Of a stretch of 20,295 nt of DNA, positions 17,174-20,295 are shown piece by piece (within the stretch, counting starts at the first letter, position 1; each line of letters opens with the position of its first letter). The stretch is from Vitrella brassicaformis CCMP3155. Lineage: Eukaryota; Protista; Chromerida. A model generated the notes under the pieces. That model did not search any database and had not been told where the DNA came from. It was given only the letters and a program-made list of their open reading frames with translations. The stretch spans positions 1 to 20,295 of the forward strand of contig CDMY01000784.1 of assembly GCA_001179505.1 (NCBI GenBank), given 5' to 3'. The position numbers and the translations under genes were made by a program.

Positions 17174-20000
17174 CTAGTGCCCCACTACCGCATCGCTCTC
17201 CATTTCACTGTCCCTTTCCTCGACCCCGCATTCCCGATGCTCCCATCCACCCGCCCCCTCACCGTCATCTTCTGCCTTGATCACGGCCTTCATTTTCATC
17301 TGATCCACTAACTGCATCGCCACGCACGGGTACAGACCCATCGCAAACACGTCAGACACCAGATCGCCCGTGATGCCGTGGAGCGACCGCACGGCGCACC
17401 GCCAGGAAGCGCCGATCATGGCCGCACACAGTGCGAGCGTCCCGCCGACGGCGTGAAGGTTGGCGTGGTAAGGAGTGAGCCCATATTCGATGAGGAGACA
17501 CAGGAAGGAGCCGTAGAAGCAGGCGGCGAAGAAGGTTTGGGTGAGGATCGCTTTGCTGCGTACGGGCTGGGTCTGGAAGCTGACTGGCGAGAAGGCGGCC
17601 AGGGGATGGACCAGGTAGATGAGGAAGCGGCGGGCCATCGACAGAGTGGGGCGATGGAAGAGAGTCATGAGGCCCGTCCGCCACTACTGCCCTGCGCACA
17701 GAAGCACACCAACAGAGACACTCGTTTTGTTTTCTTTCTGGTGCTCCCGCACACTCATACTTACATGGGTACATTTGGATGTCTCCCTTGATGATACGGC
17801 AGATTCGCAGTAGGGATGCACACATGTAGCCCAGCACCACAGTGAAGATGCAGCCGGTGACAATGGCGCCCGTCTGGAGCGCCGACAGAGCTGCCTCCCC
17901 GCCCGCAACCGACAACGCAGTGGCTGTCGCACCCTCGGTAAGCGCCCAGAACACTCGCGTGCTGAAAAACGCAGCGGCCAATGAAAACAAACATACACGA
18001 GACATGTGTGTGTAGATGTGCTTACAGGACGGTTGTGTGTATGTTGCCGTTGTCTGCGAGTGAGTCGATGATTAGGGAGCCGCTGTCGTTGGTGGTCAGG
18101 AAGTAGATGAGCAGGGCGACCAGCGACAGGATGCACAGGAGGTAGCCCAGGCCATCGTAGTGGCCCAGCACGTCATACCACATGTCGGTCGTCTTGCGGC
18201 AACTCAGACGCACGAGGGACGCGCCATCCACCTGCATGCGCAGAGAGAGTTGCATGGATGCAAATGGACTTTCTCCTCTTCCGTGATGACTTACAGGAGT
18301 GTCACAGTCGATTCCCTGCAGCGCGGCTTCCCTCTCCATCCGCAGGCCGGCCCCGCCAAAGACGGAGAACCAGAAGAAGGTGTAGACGACGGGAGCAGCC
18401 ATCGCACCTGCGCGAAGAAAGAGAAATACTCAGGTATGGACTCATGTGGGTGGGGCTCTGTGAGTCTCAGTCACTCACTCACTCACTCACCGGCTATGAC
18501 TTGCTTGATGCTGCGTCCCCTGCTTATGCGTGCGATAAAGAGACCCACAAATGGAGCGAATGCCGTCCACCATCCCCAGTAGAACAGAGTCCAGTCGTTC
18601 ATCCACGTGGGATTGGCGCCAGCACCGTCGCTTGACAGCCCCAGCTAACGAGCGACAAGACAACATCACACAGAGGGAGACAAATGTGTCTCGGAAGCTT
18701 TGCTTCTTTCGAGCTCTGGGGCTTACTTGTACGAATGCGTCTGTGTGTGTGCCGATGGCCAGGAGCTGCTGAAAATAGAGCCCGAGATTCTGCACATAGA
18801 TGTTCAAAATGTACCTGAAGCAGAGAAGAGAAGCAAGTACACACATGACACATGACGTAATGGTCCTCTTCAGTGATAATATACCAGGTGTCGTCAGCGA
18901 AGAGCACCACGATAAGAATGAAGTTGCCCAGCACGAAACACAGCTCAGAAAGGAACTTGATGCCGGCCTTCAAACCTGACCACACATACACACACGGAAG
19001 GCCACAACTCACACACAGCTTGCACACATCCATCTGTGCCTCTCTCCCCTTCCCTCTGTTGCATACCCGAGACGACGGACGCGAGAGCCAGAAGGGTGAT
19101 GACCCACAGTAGAATCAAATTGTTGGTGAGATTGTTGACGTAGCCAGGTATGTACCTGAACGCATGAAGGGACGGCAGCAGGGGACGAGCATGCAGTCAG
19201 TCAGTCACTACGGTAACGAACGCATGAACCATTCAATCAAACATGAACAACGGTACGCCAGGCACGACACAGGGAAGAGGTGAAGAAGGGATGACGGTGC
19301 ACACACGCATCCCTTCCGTGAGTGAGTGCTTCTCACCGCTGCATCCCTTGAGACAGAGCCATGACGCCCAAACCGAGAGACGTGCACACTCCAAATATCT
19401 GATATCGTAGTGCAAAATCGGCTCAGCCACGCCAAAGTAGAAGAGACCGGGTCCCACTCCGCAGCAGAAGAGCATCGTGAACCAAGAGATCGAGTTGAAC
19501 TCGGGCTCCTCGTCATCGCGACCCAGCTTGATGTCTGAGTACTTGGAAAAATACCTGGCAGCGTGCAGACGAGAGGAAAGAATCAGGGGTGACTCGTTTG
19601 CTGTTGGGTCACAACTTGGGTGGGTGCATGTCTCACTCACATCCAAACGAGAACAAAGAACGCGGCCATGAACGTCCCGATATACAGCCAGGTGAAGGTC
19701 CTGCTGATCCACATCTTCGATTGCCGCAGGTACACCTCTGCCGGACACTCCGTCTCATCTCCAGCAGAGCACGTCTGAATCGCCCACGCGGCGAATGACT
19801 GCAAAAGGGGAGACACAATGCAGGCATGTCATTGAGAGACGTCGCCTTTTCCCTCCCCCTATCTGCTTACCCACACAATGGCAATTGAGACAATGGTAAT
19901 GACGGGGTTGAATCCCCATTCCCACTGGAACAGATACCGTCTCACCTTCTCCCCGTGGTCGTACTGCGCCCTGATCAAGAAGGCATCGGGCCTGCGGCTC
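17174..20000 (-). pseudogene. BCCT-family betaine/choline/carnitine transporter, eukaryote-type, disrupted; 5' end probably outside window
   Basis: Exons 20000-19871, 19798-19641, 19554-19337, 19155-19067, 18975-18885, 18814-18727, 18644-18491, 18407-18295, 18231-18026, 17961-17765, 17691-17174. Signatures [83 protein letters not shown]. Out-of-frame deletion near 19400 and TAG at 17686-17684. Confidence 0.88.
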
Positions 20001-20001
20001 C

Positions 20002-20295
20002 TGCGTGTGCGCAGGTGTGCGCACATAGACATTCATCATATACACGCACTCCAAGTCCACACGTGCATGCGCAGGGGTGCGCACACAGACATTCCTCATA
20101 TACACGCACTTCAAGTCAAGACGTGCACGCGCAGTACACGCACTCCAAGTCCACACGTGCATGTGCAGGTGTGCGCACACAGACATTCATGATATACACA
20201 CACTCCAAGTCCACACGTGCATACGCAGGTGTGCGCAGGTATGCGCACATAGACATTCATCATATACACGCACTCCAAGTCCACACGTGCATGCG
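20002..20295 (-). repeat. minisatellite array 2, same family as array 1, inverted; runs off window
   Basis: At least 5 cores CACTCCAAGTCCAC (reverse complement of the array-1 core) with the same palindromic tails; one internally deleted unit near 20121-20147. Confidence 0.97.

Noticed and set aside
5661-20295. The two inverted arrays as terminal inverted repeats of a giant DNA transposon
   Set aside because: Both arrays lie inside genes that extend outward past them, there is no transposase or integrase between them, and their inner ends differ in phase.

Overview
Eukaryotic, intron-rich DNA: GT-AG introns mostly 60-180 nt long, carrying CA/TG microsatellites. The gene content (TLDc family member, eukaryote-type BCCT, AP2-like protein) and intron style suggest a chromerid alveolate such as Vitrella; that is inference. 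Bases 1-4764 are the 3' three-quarters of a dead Ty1/copia LTR retrotransposon (gag-PR-IN-RT-RH, PPT, probable 3' LTR). Five spliced genes follow, assembled by hand with exon phases checked: a secreted GT32/alpha-1,4-glycosyltransferase-like gene (-) lacking DXD; a divergent 11-exon, ~1060-aa AP2-like acidic protein (+) with one frameshift; a secreted GH16 glycanase (-); a coiled-coil + TLDc gene (+) whose ATG is only 86 bp from the GH16 ATG; and a BCCT transporter (-) broken by an out-of-frame internal deletion. The most unusual element is a 52-72 bp minisatellite that looks superficially like CRISPR. It occurs twice, inverted and 13.6 kb apart, each time inside a gene. The first array starts and ends on the same GAGTG, appears to split an exon, and carries AG|GT proto-splice sites in both terminal units, so it could be spliced out as a new intron.
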